Assembly: GCA_048937405.1 (NCBI GenBank)
Contig: JBHLNF010000009.1
Location: 64,001 to 128,000 of the forward strand
Reading direction: 5' to 3'
From: Promethearchaeota archaeon
GTDB lineage: Archaea > Asgardarchaeota > Lokiarchaeia > Sigyniarchaeales > SOKP01
Length of the DNA stretch: 64,000 bases
Shown here: positions 1-10,756 of the stretch, in pieces
How positions within the stretch are numbered: the stretch's first letter is position 1
Layout of the letters: each line of letters starts with the position of its first letter
Notes under the pieces: generated by a model
Database searches by the model: none
What the model was told of the DNA's origin: nothing
What the model saw: the letters and a program-made list of their open reading frames with translations, nothing else
Made by a program: the position numbers and the translations under genes

Positions 1-249
1 AAAAATGAGAATTTAACTGAATTAGAAAGTTTGAGAGAAGAACAGGAAAATCTAATGGAAAAAAACATTGAAAATTTTCGAAATTCATCTGATTCAGCAT
101 TGAAAACATTGACTAAAAATTTGGAGGATAAAAATATCTTTATAAAAGAGAAATTAAAAGAATTTAAAAATAAAATGAAAAAAACCTATAACGATAATAA
201 AAAAAACTTAATAGAATTAATTATAAAAGATATTGGTTTTGATTTTTAA
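1..249 (+). CDS. A/V-type ATPase peripheral stalk subunit H/G-like, 5'-truncated by the window edge
   Basis: Frame is open from base 1 (aaa aat gag aat tta...). Charged helical protein whose stop overlaps the start of subunit F (TAATG). Assignment mainly from operon position. Confidence 0.55.
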   Translation, partial: KNENLTELESLREEQENLMEKNIENFRNSSDSALKTLTKNLEDKNIFIKEKLKEFKNKMKKTYNDNKKNLIELIIKDIGFDF

Positions 250-569
250 TGCCAGATCAGAAAATTCATGTATTAGGTCAAGAAGAATTTGTTTTAACAT
301 TTGGTCTTTTAGGTATAGATGGTACTATTATTGAAAAAAGTGAAGAGTTTCTTAAGAAATTTGACACATTGATTAAAGATTCCTCAATTGGAATGATAAT
401 AATTTTTATGGATTTATCAGATGAAATTATAGACTTTATTTTAGACTTTAAAATAAGCAATAAAAGTCCATTTATATTTTTTATACCTAATATTTTCCGA
501 CTAGATTTTGAGAATCGAGATATATTTTTTAATAAAATTTTTGAATCTATTGAAAAAATTATAACTTAA
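249..569 (+). CDS. atpF: A/V-type ATPase subunit F
   Basis: 106 aa. KIHVLGQEEFVLTFGLLGI matches the subunit F N-terminus (KIxVIGDxDTVxGFxLAGI); IGMIII and P-x-IP motifs present. Confidence 0.85.
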   Translation: MPDQKIHVLGQEEFVLTFGLLGIDGTIIEKSEEFLKKFDTLIKDSSIGMIIIFMDLSDEIIDFILDFKISNKSPFIFFIPNIFRLDFENRDIFFNKIFESIEKIIT

Positions 570-581
570 GAGATGTAGATC

Positions 582-1310
582 ATATCAGAAATTAATTTAT
601 TAAAAGAACGATTTGGGAAATTAGGATTATATCTTATTGATAAAGCTAAAACTGAAATTAAAAAGCTTGATCAACAAACCTTATTTCAAATTGCAGAAGT
701 TAAAAAGAGGTATAGAGAACGAATAGCAGATAGTTCTTTAAAAATTAAAAATAGTTTTATTGATACATATAATAAGCAATTAAATAATTCAATATCTTCG
801 ACCCTGTTAAAAATTAAGCAGGAAACATTAAGTGTTAAAAATGATTTAATTTCAACTTTAATTAAAGATTTAAATTTACTTTTAGAAAAAAAAATTAATG
901 ATAATTATTCAAATTATATAAAATTCCTATTATCAACATTAGAAAAAATCAAAAATTTAATAGACAAGCCTCCACAAGTCGTTATAAATTTAAATTCTAA
1001 AGATTATGAATATTTTCTTGGGAAATTTGACAAAATTCAAAGTATTTTCAAAAATAGAGTTACATTAAATCCTACAAAAGATGAATTTATAGGAGGATTT
1101 AGAATTTTGCAGACTGAAATGAACATTTCTTATGATTTTTCCATTGTAAATTTAATAAATAAAAAAAAATCAAGTATCGAAATTAAATTCTCAAAAATCT
1201 TTTCAGATACATATTTAGAACTAAATGAAATAATCGAAAATTATGAAAAATTCATTCAAGATCAAAAATTAGCTATAAAAGAATATTTACAAGATTATGA
1301 CAATTTCTAA
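582..1310 (+). CDS. atpE: A/V-type ATPase subunit E (about 242 aa, probable ATA start)
   Basis: The frame of the 1107..1310 ORF is open back to 579 with no ATG/GTG/TTG. Translation gives a long N-terminal helix, then VVINLNSKD and FIGGF..., typical of subunit E. SD-like GAGATG at 570-575 lies 6 nt before ATA TCA GAA. Confidence 0.8.
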   Translation: MSEINLLKERFGKLGLYLIDKAKTEIKKLDQQTLFQIAEVKKRYRERIADSSLKIKNSFIDTYNKQLNNSISSTLLKIKQETLSVKNDLISTLIKDLNLLLEKKINDNYSNYIKFLLSTLEKIKNLIDKPPQVVINLNSKDYEYFLGKFDKIQSIFKNRVTLNPTKDEFIGGFRILQTEMNISYDFSIVNLINKKKSSIEIKFSKIFSDTYLELNEIIENYEKFIQDQKLAIKEYLQDYDNF

Positions 1311-3147
1311 TAAAAAAGCTTATGAGAAGTTAAATTTTGGGTATATAACCTCAATAAATGGATCCTTAATTGAAATAAAAGGATTTGAAAGTCAAGTTCG
1401 TACTCACGACTTAATAAGAGTATCTGAACAAAATATATTAGGTGAAGTGATTCAAATTTATTCAGATCACGCCACTGCTCAATGTTTCGAGAGTACTAAT
1501 AACTTAAAGTTAGGTGAGAAAGTAACCAATTTAAGAGAACCATTATCAATGGAGTTAGGTCCAGGATTATTAGGTAATGTTTTCGATGGTATTCAAAGAC
1601 CTTTAGATATAACCTTTGAAAATACAAATAAAGGTTTTTTAGAAAGAGGGAATGATTTACCAGCATTATCAAGAGAAAAAAAATGGCATTTCATTCCCAA
1701 AAAAAAATTAAATGACATTGTAAGTAGTGGTGATATTATTGGTACGGTACAGGAAACTCTAGTCATAGAACACAGAATATTGGTTCCAATAGGTATTAAA
1801 GGAAAATTGAGTTTTATAGCTAAAGAGGGAGATTATACGATTAAAGACAAAATATTTTGTGTGAAAGAGAAAAATGTTGAGAAATCTTTTAGTATGTTGC
1901 AAAAATGGCCAATTATCAAAAATAGACCTTATAAGAGGCGTGAATCTCCTATTGAACCATTAATTACAGGTATGCGGGTAATAGACCTATTATTTCCCAT
2001 AGCAAAAGGAGGTACTGTTGCTGTACCTGGAGGTTTTGGTACAGGTAAAACAGTAATTCAACAATCATTAGCTAAATGGTGTAATGCTGATGTTATTGTT
2101 TTTGTAGGATGTGGTGAAAGAGGAAATGAAATTGCAGATGTTTTAAAACAATTTATTGAAATAATTGATCCAAAAAGTGGAACTGCATTGTTGAATCGAA
2201 TAGTTTTAATAGCTAATACATCTAATATGCCAGTTTCAGCTCGAGAAGCTAGTATTTTTTCAGGAGTAACAATTGGAGAGTATTATCGAGATATGGGATA
2301 TGATGTAGCAGTATTAGCAGATAGTACCTCAAGGTGGGCAGAATCACTACGAGAGATCTCAGGATTATTAGAAGAAATGCCAGCTGAAGAGGGATATCCT
2401 GCGTATTTACCATCAAGAATTTCTAGTTTTTACGAGAGAGCTGGAGTTGTAAACCTTTTAGGTGAAGATCCCGCGAATAAAGAAAGATATGGATCTTTAA
2501 CAATAATCGGTTCTGTCTCCCCGCCTTCTGGAGATTTTAGTGAACCTGTTACGGCAACCACCAAACGTTTTGTACAGGCTTTTTGGGCATTAGATGCTAG
2601 TCTAGCATACTCTAAGCATTATCCTGCAATAAATTGGCTCAACTCTTATTCAAATTATCCCGATTATATAGTTGACTGGTGGTCTGATAGGGATATCTTT
2701 TGGCCTGAGATAAATCTCGATTGGTATGAAAGTAGGGATCAAGTGAATAACATTCTTTCTCAAGAAAATGAATTAAGAAATATAATGCAACTAATTGGGG
2801 AAGAAAATCTACCTGATGATCAACAATTAATTCTTTTTATTTCCAAATTAATTAGAAATAGTTTTTTAATTCAAAATGCCTTTGATGATATTGATAATTT
2901 CACTGATACTAAAAAACTACTTGGTCAGATTAAATTAATTCTTCTATTATATAAAGAAGGAATGGAACTATTAAATTCAGGATATTTAATTGAAGATATT
3001 AAGAACCTCGAAGTAATTGATGACATTTTACGAATAAGTTATTCGATTTCTAATGATAATTTTTCAGAAATAGAACAATTAAAGAAAAGGTTAAATAATG
3101 AAATAGAATCATTAAAATTATCATATGGGGTCTCTAAAGAAAAATGA
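1297..3147 (+). CDS. atpA: A/V-type ATPase catalytic subunit A (copy 1, canonical)
   Basis: Walker [57 protein letters not shown]. Confidence 0.97.
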   Translation: MTISNKKAYEKLNFGYITSINGSLIEIKGFESQVRTHDLIRVSEQNILGEVIQIYSDHATAQCFESTNNLKLGEKVTNLREPLSMELGPGLLGNVFDGIQRPLDITFENTNKGFLERGNDLPALSREKKWHFIPKKKLNDIVSSGDIIGTVQETLVIEHRILVPIGIKGKLSFIAKEGDYTIKDKIFCVKEKNVEKSFSMLQKWPIIKNRPYKRRESPIEPLITGMRVIDLLFPIAKGGTVAVPGGFGTGKTVIQQSLAKWCNADVIVFVGCGERGNEIADVLKQFIEIIDPKSGTALLNRIVLIANTSNMPVSAREASIFSGVTIGEYYRDMGYDVAVLADSTSRWAESLREISGLLEEMPAEEGYPAYLPSRISSFYERAGVVNLLGEDPANKERYGSLTIIGSVSPPSGDFSEPVTATTKRFVQAFWALDASLAYSKHYPAINWLNSYSNYPDYIVDWWSDRDIFWPEINLDWYESRDQVNNILSQENELRNIMQLIGEENLPDDQQLILFISKLIRNSFLIQNAFDDIDNFTDTKKLLGQIKLILLLYKEGMELLNSGYLIEDIKNLEVIDDILRISYSISNDNFSEIEQLKKRLNNEIESLKLSYGVSKEK

Positions 3148-4535
3148 GTATTATCTATGGAAAAATTGAACAAATTGTAGGACCGTTGTTATTCTTAAGT
3201 AATGAACATGATGCACAATATGGGGAGATTGTTAAAATATTAACTAATGGTGGGATAGAACGTACTGGTCAAGTTGTAAAAATAGATGAAGATACTATTG
3301 TTATTGAAGTATTTGAAGATACAAGTGGTTTATCCTCAGAGAATTCTAAAATTCTTTTTACAGAGGATTCTTTTAAAGTTAAAATCTCGAATGATATGTT
3401 TGGTAGAACATTCAATTCACTTGGAAAACCAATTGATATAAATACTAAAAAGGTTTTAGAATCTGAGTTGATAACAGAAGTTGAACGAGATATTAATGGA
3501 GCACCAGTTAACCCATTCGCAAGAGAATACCCAACCGAAGTAATCCAGACAGGTATATCTGTTATTGACGGGCTGTTTACTTTAATAAGAGGACAAAAAC
3601 TTCCTATATTTAGTGGACAAGGAATGCCACATAATGCACTAGCGGCTCAAATTGTTACACAATCTAGAGTTTTAACAGAAGAACCTTTTCTAATTATTTT
3701 TTGTGGTATAGGAATTATCCAGGATGAAGCAATTTATTTTTTAAATAGGTTTCAAGAAAGTGGAAATATCCAAAATATCATTTCATTTATAAATTTTGCA
3801 GATGATCCCATAATGGAGCGTTTAATAATTCCAAGAGTAGCATTAACTACTGCAGAATATTTCGCTTTTGATAAAGATATGCACGTTCTTGTTATTTTAA
3901 TAGATATGACTAATTATGCTGAAGCATTAAGAGAACTTAGCTCAGCAAAAGAAGAGATTCCTAGTAGAAAAGGTTATCCAGGATATCTATATACTGATTT
4001 TGCTTCAATTTATGAGCGAACTGGCAAAATAAAAGGTAAAAAAGGAACAATAACTCAAATACCTATTCTAACAATGCCAAATGATGATATATCTCATCCA
4101 ATTCCAGATACCTCAGGATATATTACTGAGGGGCAATTAGTCCTTAATAGAAATTTGCATAAAAGAGGTATATATCCACCCTTTGAAGTTTTAGCTTCTA
4201 TATCGCGACTTATGAAAGATGCAATTGGTGAAAATACAACAAGAGAGGATCACAAGGATATAAGTTCCCAATTATTAGCTTCGTATTCAAATACTCTTGA
4301 AGTTAGAGATCTTATATCAATTGTTGGTGAAGATGGATTGAACAGTAATCAAAGATCTACGTTAAAGTTTGGAGAAATCTTCGAACATGAATTTTTAAAC
4401 CAAAACGTAAATGAGAATCGAGATTTTACAACAACTTTTAAAATAGCTTGGAAATCTTTATCTGCTTTACCAAAAAATCAATTATATAGAATTCATCAAG
4501 AATTTATTAAAAAATATTATCAAGAGCAGGTGTAA
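3144..4535 (+). CDS. atpB: A/V-type ATPase subunit B
   Basis: [49 protein letters not shown], arginine finger SISRLM. ATGA overlap with atpA. Confidence 0.97.
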   Translation: MSIIYGKIEQIVGPLLFLSNEHDAQYGEIVKILTNGGIERTGQVVKIDEDTIVIEVFEDTSGLSSENSKILFTEDSFKVKISNDMFGRTFNSLGKPIDINTKKVLESELITEVERDINGAPVNPFAREYPTEVIQTGISVIDGLFTLIRGQKLPIFSGQGMPHNALAAQIVTQSRVLTEEPFLIIFCGIGIIQDEAIYFLNRFQESGNIQNIISFINFADDPIMERLIIPRVALTTAEYFAFDKDMHVLVILIDMTNYAEALRELSSAKEEIPSRKGYPGYLYTDFASIYERTGKIKGKKGTITQIPILTMPNDDISHPIPDTSGYITEGQLVLNRNLHKRGIYPPFEVLASISRLMKDAIGENTTREDHKDISSQLLASYSNTLEVRDLISIVGEDGLNSNQRSTLKFGEIFEHEFLNQNVNENRDFTTTFKIAWKSLSALPKNQLYRIHQEFIKKYYQEQV

Positions 4536-4542
4536 TACTACT

Positions 4543-5193
4543 ATTAGTTTTAGAGAATTCAAACCTACAAAAACAAACTTAATGAGTTTACAGAAAAGAT
4601 TAAATTTTGCTGTGAAAGGTAAGAGCTTTTTAGAATTTAAACAAGAACAATTGATATTTGAAATTAAAAAGTTATGGAGTGACTATAAAATACAGCGTAA
4701 AAACTACCTAAATCTATTCATAGAAGTCATGATTTGCTTGCAACAGACTTATATGGAAATGGGAAAGAACAATTTTAAAATAATTAGTAGTTTGAGCAAA
4801 ATCCAATTCACCCCAACTATCAATGTTAACTATGTAAAAAAGATTGGTAATGTAGTACCAGAGATAGAATATGAACTAATAAGAAAAGAAAGACTTCCCG
4901 CTTATTCTTTTGAATATACAAGTCATTATCTAGATGACTTAATAAAAAAATTAACAAATCTTTTCAATATAATGATTCATTTGGCAGAAATCGAAGATGT
5001 AATGTTAAAACATTCGCTAAGTTTTAAAAAAATAACTCGAAGAATCCATGGACTAAATAATATTATTATCCCCTCACTTAGTCAAGAAATTAAAAAAATA
5101 AAAGATATATTAGAAGAAGTTCAACGAGAGAATTTTGTAAGATTAAAAAGTATAAAAGATCTAATTTATGAAAAAAAGTTTATAAAAATGTGA
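4543..5193 (+). CDS. atpD: A/V-type ATPase subunit D (probable ATT start upstream of the tracked ATG at 4582)
   Basis: The in-frame upstream extension SFREFKPTKTNL carries the conserved N-terminal PT motif. ITRRIHGL..IIIP and RENFVRLK match the subunit D C-terminus. CAGGTG lies at 4527-4532. Confidence 0.88.
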   Translation: MSFREFKPTKTNLMSLQKRLNFAVKGKSFLEFKQEQLIFEIKKLWSDYKIQRKNYLNLFIEVMICLQQTYMEMGKNNFKIISSLSKIQFTPTINVNYVKKIGNVVPEIEYELIRKERLPAYSFEYTSHYLDDLIKKLTNLFNIMIHLAEIEDVMLKHSLSFKKITRRIHGLNNIIIPSLSQEIKKIKDILEEVQRENFVRLKSIKDLIYEKKFIKM

Positions 5194-7481
5194 ATGCGAT
5201 GGTAACCAAGACGGTAATGTGCTTATTTGACGTAGCTATACATAATGATTATAAAGATTTTCTATTACAAGAATTAGCTCAAATAAAAGTAGTTCATATT
5301 AGACCAAAAGAAAAAATAATTGAAAATGTCGAAAAAGGAGATCGTTTCTCTGAAAAAATAAAAACATTAAGATCTGAGATAGAAAGATTATTCAAAATGC
5401 TTAATATTACTGATAATGATATACAAAGGTTGAATGTTAAAAAAAAAGAAAGAATAGAGTTTGTTGTTAAAGATATCCTTGAATTAATAAACTATATTTT
5501 AGAAGAGATTAATTTCTATAATAATCGTGTAGCGGAATTAGGAAAATATGTAGCAAAAGTTAATATTGAACAAGATAAAATGAAAATTATTGAAGAAAGT
5601 TATAACTTTCTAAATAATATTGGGGTATCTAGAGATAATTTATCCCAATTAAAACAGTTATCTTTTAGAGTTTTTACCACTTTTTCAAAAAATTTGGTTT
5701 TCATAAAAAATCTTTTTGATTTTTCAAATTTTCCAAATTTTTTTGACACCCAAAAAATTTCAGAAGATCGAATAGTATTTTTCACAATTTATCCTAAAGA
5801 TAAAGAAGAAGATTTAAAAGAAAAACTTCGGGTTATTCAAGTAGAAGAAGTACCCATTTTAAAAAAATATCTACTTATTGATGGTATTAACTTTCCTAGA
5901 ATTAAAAGTGAAATTAATTTTATTACAAATACTTTAATTAAGTATGAAAAAGAATTGGAGCGGCTTAGAGATGATAATATAATATTATTCGCCGCTATGT
6001 ATGAAATTGTTCAAAATATCGAAGATTATGATTGGGCTGAGAATCAATTCAGAGATATATCATCAAATGCTTCAAGCCTTCAATTCTTTATTCCTGTGGG
6101 CCGAAAGGAGGAAGTTCGTAAAAGATTAATTGATGTTTTTAAAGATAAGATAAATATTCATTCTATGGAAATATCAAAAAAAACCATTATAAACGTTAAA
6201 GAAAAAGAACAGGAAGAAGATTTAAAAGAAAAATCATATTCAAAATATAAACTTAAGAATAAAGAGGTTATCTCGAGTAACGTAGAAGCAGATGAAGATT
6301 TAAGAGAAAAAACGCCACGACTTATGAAAAACAATTTTTTTGTAAGACCTTTCGAAACATTAACAAGAATGTATGGTACTCCTTCTTATTCTGAAATTGA
6401 TCCAACACCATTTTTAGCACTTATATTTCCTATTTTGTTTGGGTTAATGTTCGGTGACATTGGTCATGGGATAGTTTTAATTATAGCAGGTTTAATTGGT
6501 GCTGTCATTTTTAGAAATAAAAAAGGAACTGACTTTTTAAATTTTTGTTGGATAATCTTTTATTGTGGCCTGGGAGCTGTTTTATTTGGTTTTTTATATG
6601 GTGAATTTTTTGGAATGCATGACATAGAAATTGGAGGTCAAGTTTTTCTTCATCTAAATCCGGTTACAATTCCTATATTGAATATGACATTACATAATCC
6701 AATTTCGCGTGTAACAACGGTTTTAATATTTGCAATACTGATTGGTGTGATCCATATTAATTTAGGTTGGATAATACAGTTTTTGAATTATTGGAGACAA
6801 GCGAGAAAATATTTGGCAATTACAGATTCATTAGTTAAGATATTTTTATTAATTGGTGGTACAATTTTAATTTTAAATTATAAATTTGACATAAATGCAT
6901 GGGTATCACCACCATTTCCAATATTATTACCCTTGATTCCAGGCATATTACTCCTTATTTTAAAACCTATTGGCAAAATTCTAGGAGTATCGTATATGAA
7001 AGCTGAATCATATAAAGATCTTGTAAGTGAAGGTTCAATGGAAACATTTGAAACATTATTATCCGTAATAAGCAATGTTGCTTCTTATATACGATTATTA
7101 GCACTAGCACTAGCTCATATAGCTTTAATGATTGCCATCCAAGCAATGACAGATTTAATTGAAGGATCGGGATTTTGGGTTGAATTTGCAAAATCTACAG
7201 GTTTAATTTTCGGTAATATAGTGGTTATTCTTATAGAAGGATTATTAGTTTTTTTAAACGCGTTGAGGCTGAATTTTTATGAATTCTTTTTCAAATTTTA
7301 TAGTGGATCTGGAACAAAATTTTATCCCTTTTATTTAGGTGATAATTTTTCAATTATAAACTTTAAATTAAGTGATGAAAAGGATATTGTTTCTGAAGAA
7401 ATAGAAAGAGAAATTGAATCTAAGCAAATTCATGAGGACATTCTTGAAGCAACAAAACAAATTTCTAAAAAATATTTTTAA
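5190..7481 (+). CDS. atpI: A/V-type ATPase membrane subunit I (a)
   Basis: PFETLTRMYGTPSYSEIDPTPF, FGLMFGDIGHG, essential Arg in SYIRLLALALAH, LRLNFYEFF.KFY. Start may be ATG 5199. Confidence 0.95.
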   Translation: MNAMVTKTVMCLFDVAIHNDYKDFLLQELAQIKVVHIRPKEKIIENVEKGDRFSEKIKTLRSEIERLFKMLNITDNDIQRLNVKKKERIEFVVKDILELINYILEEINFYNNRVAELGKYVAKVNIEQDKMKIIEESYNFLNNIGVSRDNLSQLKQLSFRVFTTFSKNLVFIKNLFDFSNFPNFFDTQKISEDRIVFFTIYPKDKEEDLKEKLRVIQVEEVPILKKYLLIDGINFPRIKSEINFITNTLIKYEKELERLRDDNIILFAAMYEIVQNIEDYDWAENQFRDISSNASSLQFFIPVGRKEEVRKRLIDVFKDKINIHSMEISKKTIINVKEKEQEEDLKEKSYSKYKLKNKEVISSNVEADEDLREKTPRLMKNNFFVRPFETLTRMYGTPSYSEIDPTPFLALIFPILFGLMFGDIGHGIVLIIAGLIGAVIFRNKKGTDFLNFCWIIFYCGLGAVLFGFLYGEFFGMHDIEIGGQVFLHLNPVTIPILNMTLHNPISRVTTVLIFAILIGVIHINLGWIIQFLNYWRQARKYLAITDSLVKIFLLIGGTILILNYKFDINAWVSPPFPILLPLIPGILLLILKPIGKILGVSYMKAESYKDLVSEGSMETFETLLSVISNVASYIRLLALALAHIALMIAIQAMTDLIEGSGFWVEFAKSTGLIFGNIVVILIEGLLVFLNALRLNFYEFFFKFYSGSGTKFYPFYLGDNFSIINFKLSDEKDIVSEEIEREIESKQIHEDILEATKQISKKYF

Positions 7482-7507
7482 CTCACATTTTAATTGATTA
7501 TTGAATT

Positions 7508-7927
7508 ATGGAAAATGATAACAAAAAAGTCTCTCAGAAGGACGTTATTCGTAAAACTATTAGTATGATTTTTCTAATAATATTTCTATTAATTCTTTAT
7601 TATTTTTTAATCAATTTTAAAACAAATCCTATTATTATCATTCTAATTATCAGTTTTATACTCGTAACTTTTCTAGGACTTATATTTAAAAACCGGACAA
7701 AAAACCTTTATTCAAGAATGTTCCCTGATAAAGATAAAAGGAAAAATCAACCTTATCGGAAAAAAGAATTATATAAAATAGAAGGAGAACCTGAAATAAG
7801 AAAATTGTCAGATGTAAGCCTCAATTTTAAATATCGTAAACCTCTCATTAATAGATGTATGAAATGTGGAATGACACTTCCAAGTTATGTCAAAAAATGT
7901 CCTATTTGTGGTACACCAAATAAATAA
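7508..7927 (+). CDS. Two-TM membrane protein with C-terminal zinc ribbon
   Basis: Two hydrophobic segments, a basic linker, then CMKC-x10-CPIC. 26 bp after atpI and 40 bp before the second atpA. Confidence 0.75.
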   Translation: MENDNKKVSQKDVIRKTISMIFLIIFLLILYYFLINFKTNPIIIILIISFILVTFLGLIFKNRTKNLYSRMFPDKDKRKNQPYRKKELYKIEGEPEIRKLSDVSLNFKYRKPLINRCMKCGMTLPSYVKKCPICGTPNK

Positions 7928-7967
7928 AATAATTAAAAAAATAAAAAAAAAATTTGGATAGTAATTA

Positions 7968-9785
7968 ATGTCAGTTGAAGAACTTCATAAATATGGTGTA
8001 ATTACATCAATTAAAGGTTCAATAATTAAAATAAAAGGATTAGAAAATGAAATAAGACTTCATGACTTAGTCAAAATTTCTAACCATAATATTTTAAGTG
8101 AAGTTATTCAAATTTATCCTAATTACATTGTAGCCCAATCTTATGATGATACAAATAGTTTAAGGTTATATGAAAAAGTCATTAATCTTAAAAAACCATT
8201 ATCCATGGAGTTAGCTCCTGGATTGATGGCAAATGTCTTTGATGGAATTCAAAGGCCTTTAGAAACAATTTTTGAGCATTATAAAGAAGGAAAATTAGAA
8301 AAAGGAATCGATTTTTCACCATTATCAAGAAAAAAAAAATGGCATTTTGTGCCGCTAAGAAAAAAAGGTGATAATGTAAATAGTGGAGACATTATTGGAA
8401 CAGTACAAGAAACTGAAGTAATTACCCATAAAATTATGATTCCACCTACAGTTTTTGGGAAAATAACTTTAATTGCAGAAGAGGGAGATTATAATATAAT
8501 AGATACAATTTATTGTTTAACAGAAAATGGACAAGAAACCTCGTTCTCAATGTTACAAAAATGGCCAATTACTAAAAGGAGACCCTTTGAAAGGAAAATT
8601 AAACCAAATGAACCATTATTGACAGGAACACGAATAATTGATTTACTATTTCCAATAGCAAAAGGAGGGACATCTGCAGTTCCAGGAGGATTTGGTACAG
8701 GGAAAACAGTTATTTTACAAACAATTGCAAAGTATTGTAAAGCCGATATAATTATTTTTATAGGCTGTGGGGAGCCAGGTAATGAAATTGCTAATGTTTT
8801 AAAACAATTTAAAGAGATTTATGATGCTAAAAATGGGAGACCATTATTAGATCGCACAATTATTATTGCAAATACTTCAAATATGCCTGTATCTGCTCGT
8901 GATGCCAGTCTTTTTTCAGGAGTCACTATAGCGGAGTACTATAGAGATATGGGATATGATGTTGCCGTTCTTGCAGATAGTACATCAAGATGGGCAGAAT
9001 CCTTAAGAGAAATATGTGGATTATTGGAAGAAATGCCAGCCGAAGAAGGATACCCTGCATATTTACCAACAAGACTCTCAAGTTTTTATGAAAGAGCGGG
9101 TGTTTTTAGAACCAATGGACGAAATCATTTAGGAAAACAAACTATTGGGTCTTTGACAATTATAGGATCAATATCGCCTCCTGCAGGAGATTTTAATGAG
9201 CCAGTTACTACAGTTACTAAAAGGGTTGTACAATCATTATTAGCTCTAGATAATAAATTAGCATACTTAAAACAATATCCTGCTATAAATTGGATGAAAT
9301 CTTATTCAAATTATCCTGAGCAAATTTCAGAATGGTGGAGAAATAACGATATTTATTGGTCAGAAATTGATCTAGATTGGATAGGGTGTCAAAAACAAGT
9401 AGATGAAATACTATCAAAAGATCATGAGTTAAAATTTATAACACAGTTAATTGGAAAGAAAAATTTACCTGATGATCAAAAACTTGATCTTTTTATGGCA
9501 AAATTAATTCAAAATAGTTTTCTAAGTCAAAATGCATTTGTAGAGATCGACAATTTTACAGAACATAAGAAATTATTGGGATTAATTAAAATAATTCTAT
9601 TATTTTTCAAAGAGGGAAAAATTCTGTTAAAAAAAGGATTTAGATTTGATGAGAATAAGGAAGACGAGGTCATGAATAGTATTATGAGAATTACCCATTC
9701 CATTCCAAATGCAGATTTTGACCAAATAGAACAATTTAAAAATAAGATGCTTAGCGATATTTTAAAATTGGTTTTTGTAAGATAA
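7968..9785 (+). CDS. atpA: Second A/V-type ATPase subunit A paralogue with altered catalytic motif (GEPGNE)
   Basis: Full-length, colinear paralogue of 1297..3147. Walker A GGFGTGKT and ADSTSRWAE intact; codon 8775-8777 is CCA (Pro) where copy 1 has AGA (Arg). Confidence 0.93.
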   Translation: MSVEELHKYGVITSIKGSIIKIKGLENEIRLHDLVKISNHNILSEVIQIYPNYIVAQSYDDTNSLRLYEKVINLKKPLSMELAPGLMANVFDGIQRPLETIFEHYKEGKLEKGIDFSPLSRKKKWHFVPLRKKGDNVNSGDIIGTVQETEVITHKIMIPPTVFGKITLIAEEGDYNIIDTIYCLTENGQETSFSMLQKWPITKRRPFERKIKPNEPLLTGTRIIDLLFPIAKGGTSAVPGGFGTGKTVILQTIAKYCKADIIIFIGCGEPGNEIANVLKQFKEIYDAKNGRPLLDRTIIIANTSNMPVSARDASLFSGVTIAEYYRDMGYDVAVLADSTSRWAESLREICGLLEEMPAEEGYPAYLPTRLSSFYERAGVFRTNGRNHLGKQTIGSLTIIGSISPPAGDFNEPVTTVTKRVVQSLLALDNKLAYLKQYPAINWMKSYSNYPEQISEWWRNNDIYWSEIDLDWIGCQKQVDEILSKDHELKFITQLIGKKNLPDDQKLDLFMAKLIQNSFLSQNAFVEIDNFTEHKKLLGLIKIILLFFKEGKILLKKGFRFDENKEDEVMNSIMRITHSIPNADFDQIEQFKNKMLSDILKLVFVR

Positions 9786-9813
9786 TCTAAGAAGTGTAAA
9801 ACTAATGCATCAA

Positions 9814-9845
9814 TTTTTTTATCTGTATTTTTTCTTTATTTTTTT
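9814..9845 (+). terminator. Oligo-T tracts, probable archaeal terminator of the ATPase operon
   Basis: Several T runs about 30-60 nt after the stop at 9785. Confidence 0.45.
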
Positions 9846-10040
9846 AAATAAACCATTACCTAAAATAAAAATAATTTATTGATATTTAACTGTAAATCTA
9901 ATATATAGCTTAATTATAAAATAGATAATAAAATGTGTTAAAGTAGTAATTTTAATATTTTAAGATAAAAACTATTTAATAGTAAAATTTAGAATAACTT
10001 ATTAATACAATTCAATCAGTAAGTATAGTTAATTTTCATT

Positions 10041-10634
10041 TTACGGCTTAAACCATTCAAAGAAATAATATGATTTTGTTAATGGGTTTGCAATAACAAA
10101 CTTTTTCCTTACTGACGTTGCGAGTCTTCCTGCTCTAACCATATCAATAGCAGTAATTTCAGAATCATGAGGTAAAACGTGAACCATAAAAAGTGAATGT
10201 TCTAAACCTGGTCCTTTTTTATAAACGACATAATCTGCACCAAATTTAAGACCTGGTCTTGGAATATATCCCTTTTCCCTTAAGTCTTTGTATATGATAT
10301 ATTTTTCTTCAAATTTATGATGAATTTTCTTAGCAATCTCATGAAATTCCTTAGAATTTAATAGTTTATTCTCTTTTACATCATGAATTGTTATTTCTTC
10401 CGATTCCAATAAAAAATAAGCCTCTATTAAAGATAATTCACTTGGCTTGGAAAAATATTCTAATCTGGGTTTATTTATACCCAATGGAGAACCAAAAAAT
10501 CCTTTCTTAACATATAAATATGAAGCATATAAAGGATTGAAAACTATAACCCTTGAATTAATAAATTTTGTTGGAATTTTATCTGGTAGTTCAATATCAT
10601 CAAGAGAGATTTGATTGTCATTACTTTGGGTCAT
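10041..10634 (-). CDS. endA: tRNA-splicing endonuclease (single-unit, alpha4 type)
   Basis: YKDLREKGY, GLKFGADYVVY, GPGLEHS, RLATSVRKK give the Tyr-His-Lys triad; 197 aa. Confidence 0.93.
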   Translation of the reverse strand: MTQSNDNQISLDDIELPDKIPTKFINSRVIVFNPLYASYLYVKKGFFGSPLGINKPRLEYFSKPSELSLIEAYFLLESEEITIHDVKENKLLNSKEFHEIAKKIHHKFEEKYIIYKDLREKGYIPRPGLKFGADYVVYKKGPGLEHSLFMVHVLPHDSEITAIDMVRAGRLATSVRKKFVIANPLTKSYYFFEWFKP

Positions 10635-10756
10635 TACTAAAAAATTATTAAATATAATTTAATAAATCTTTCAATTTTACTAAAATCAGATGAAATTATA
10701 TAATTTTTAAAACTAATATTTTTAATATTCAAACTAAAAAAAATTGTGTAAAAAAA

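Noticed and set aside
573-578. Pyrrolysine or amber read-through of ATG TAG at the start of atpE
   Set aside because: No pyl genes or other in-frame TAG cases in the window; SD plus ATA start is simpler and matches the other genes.
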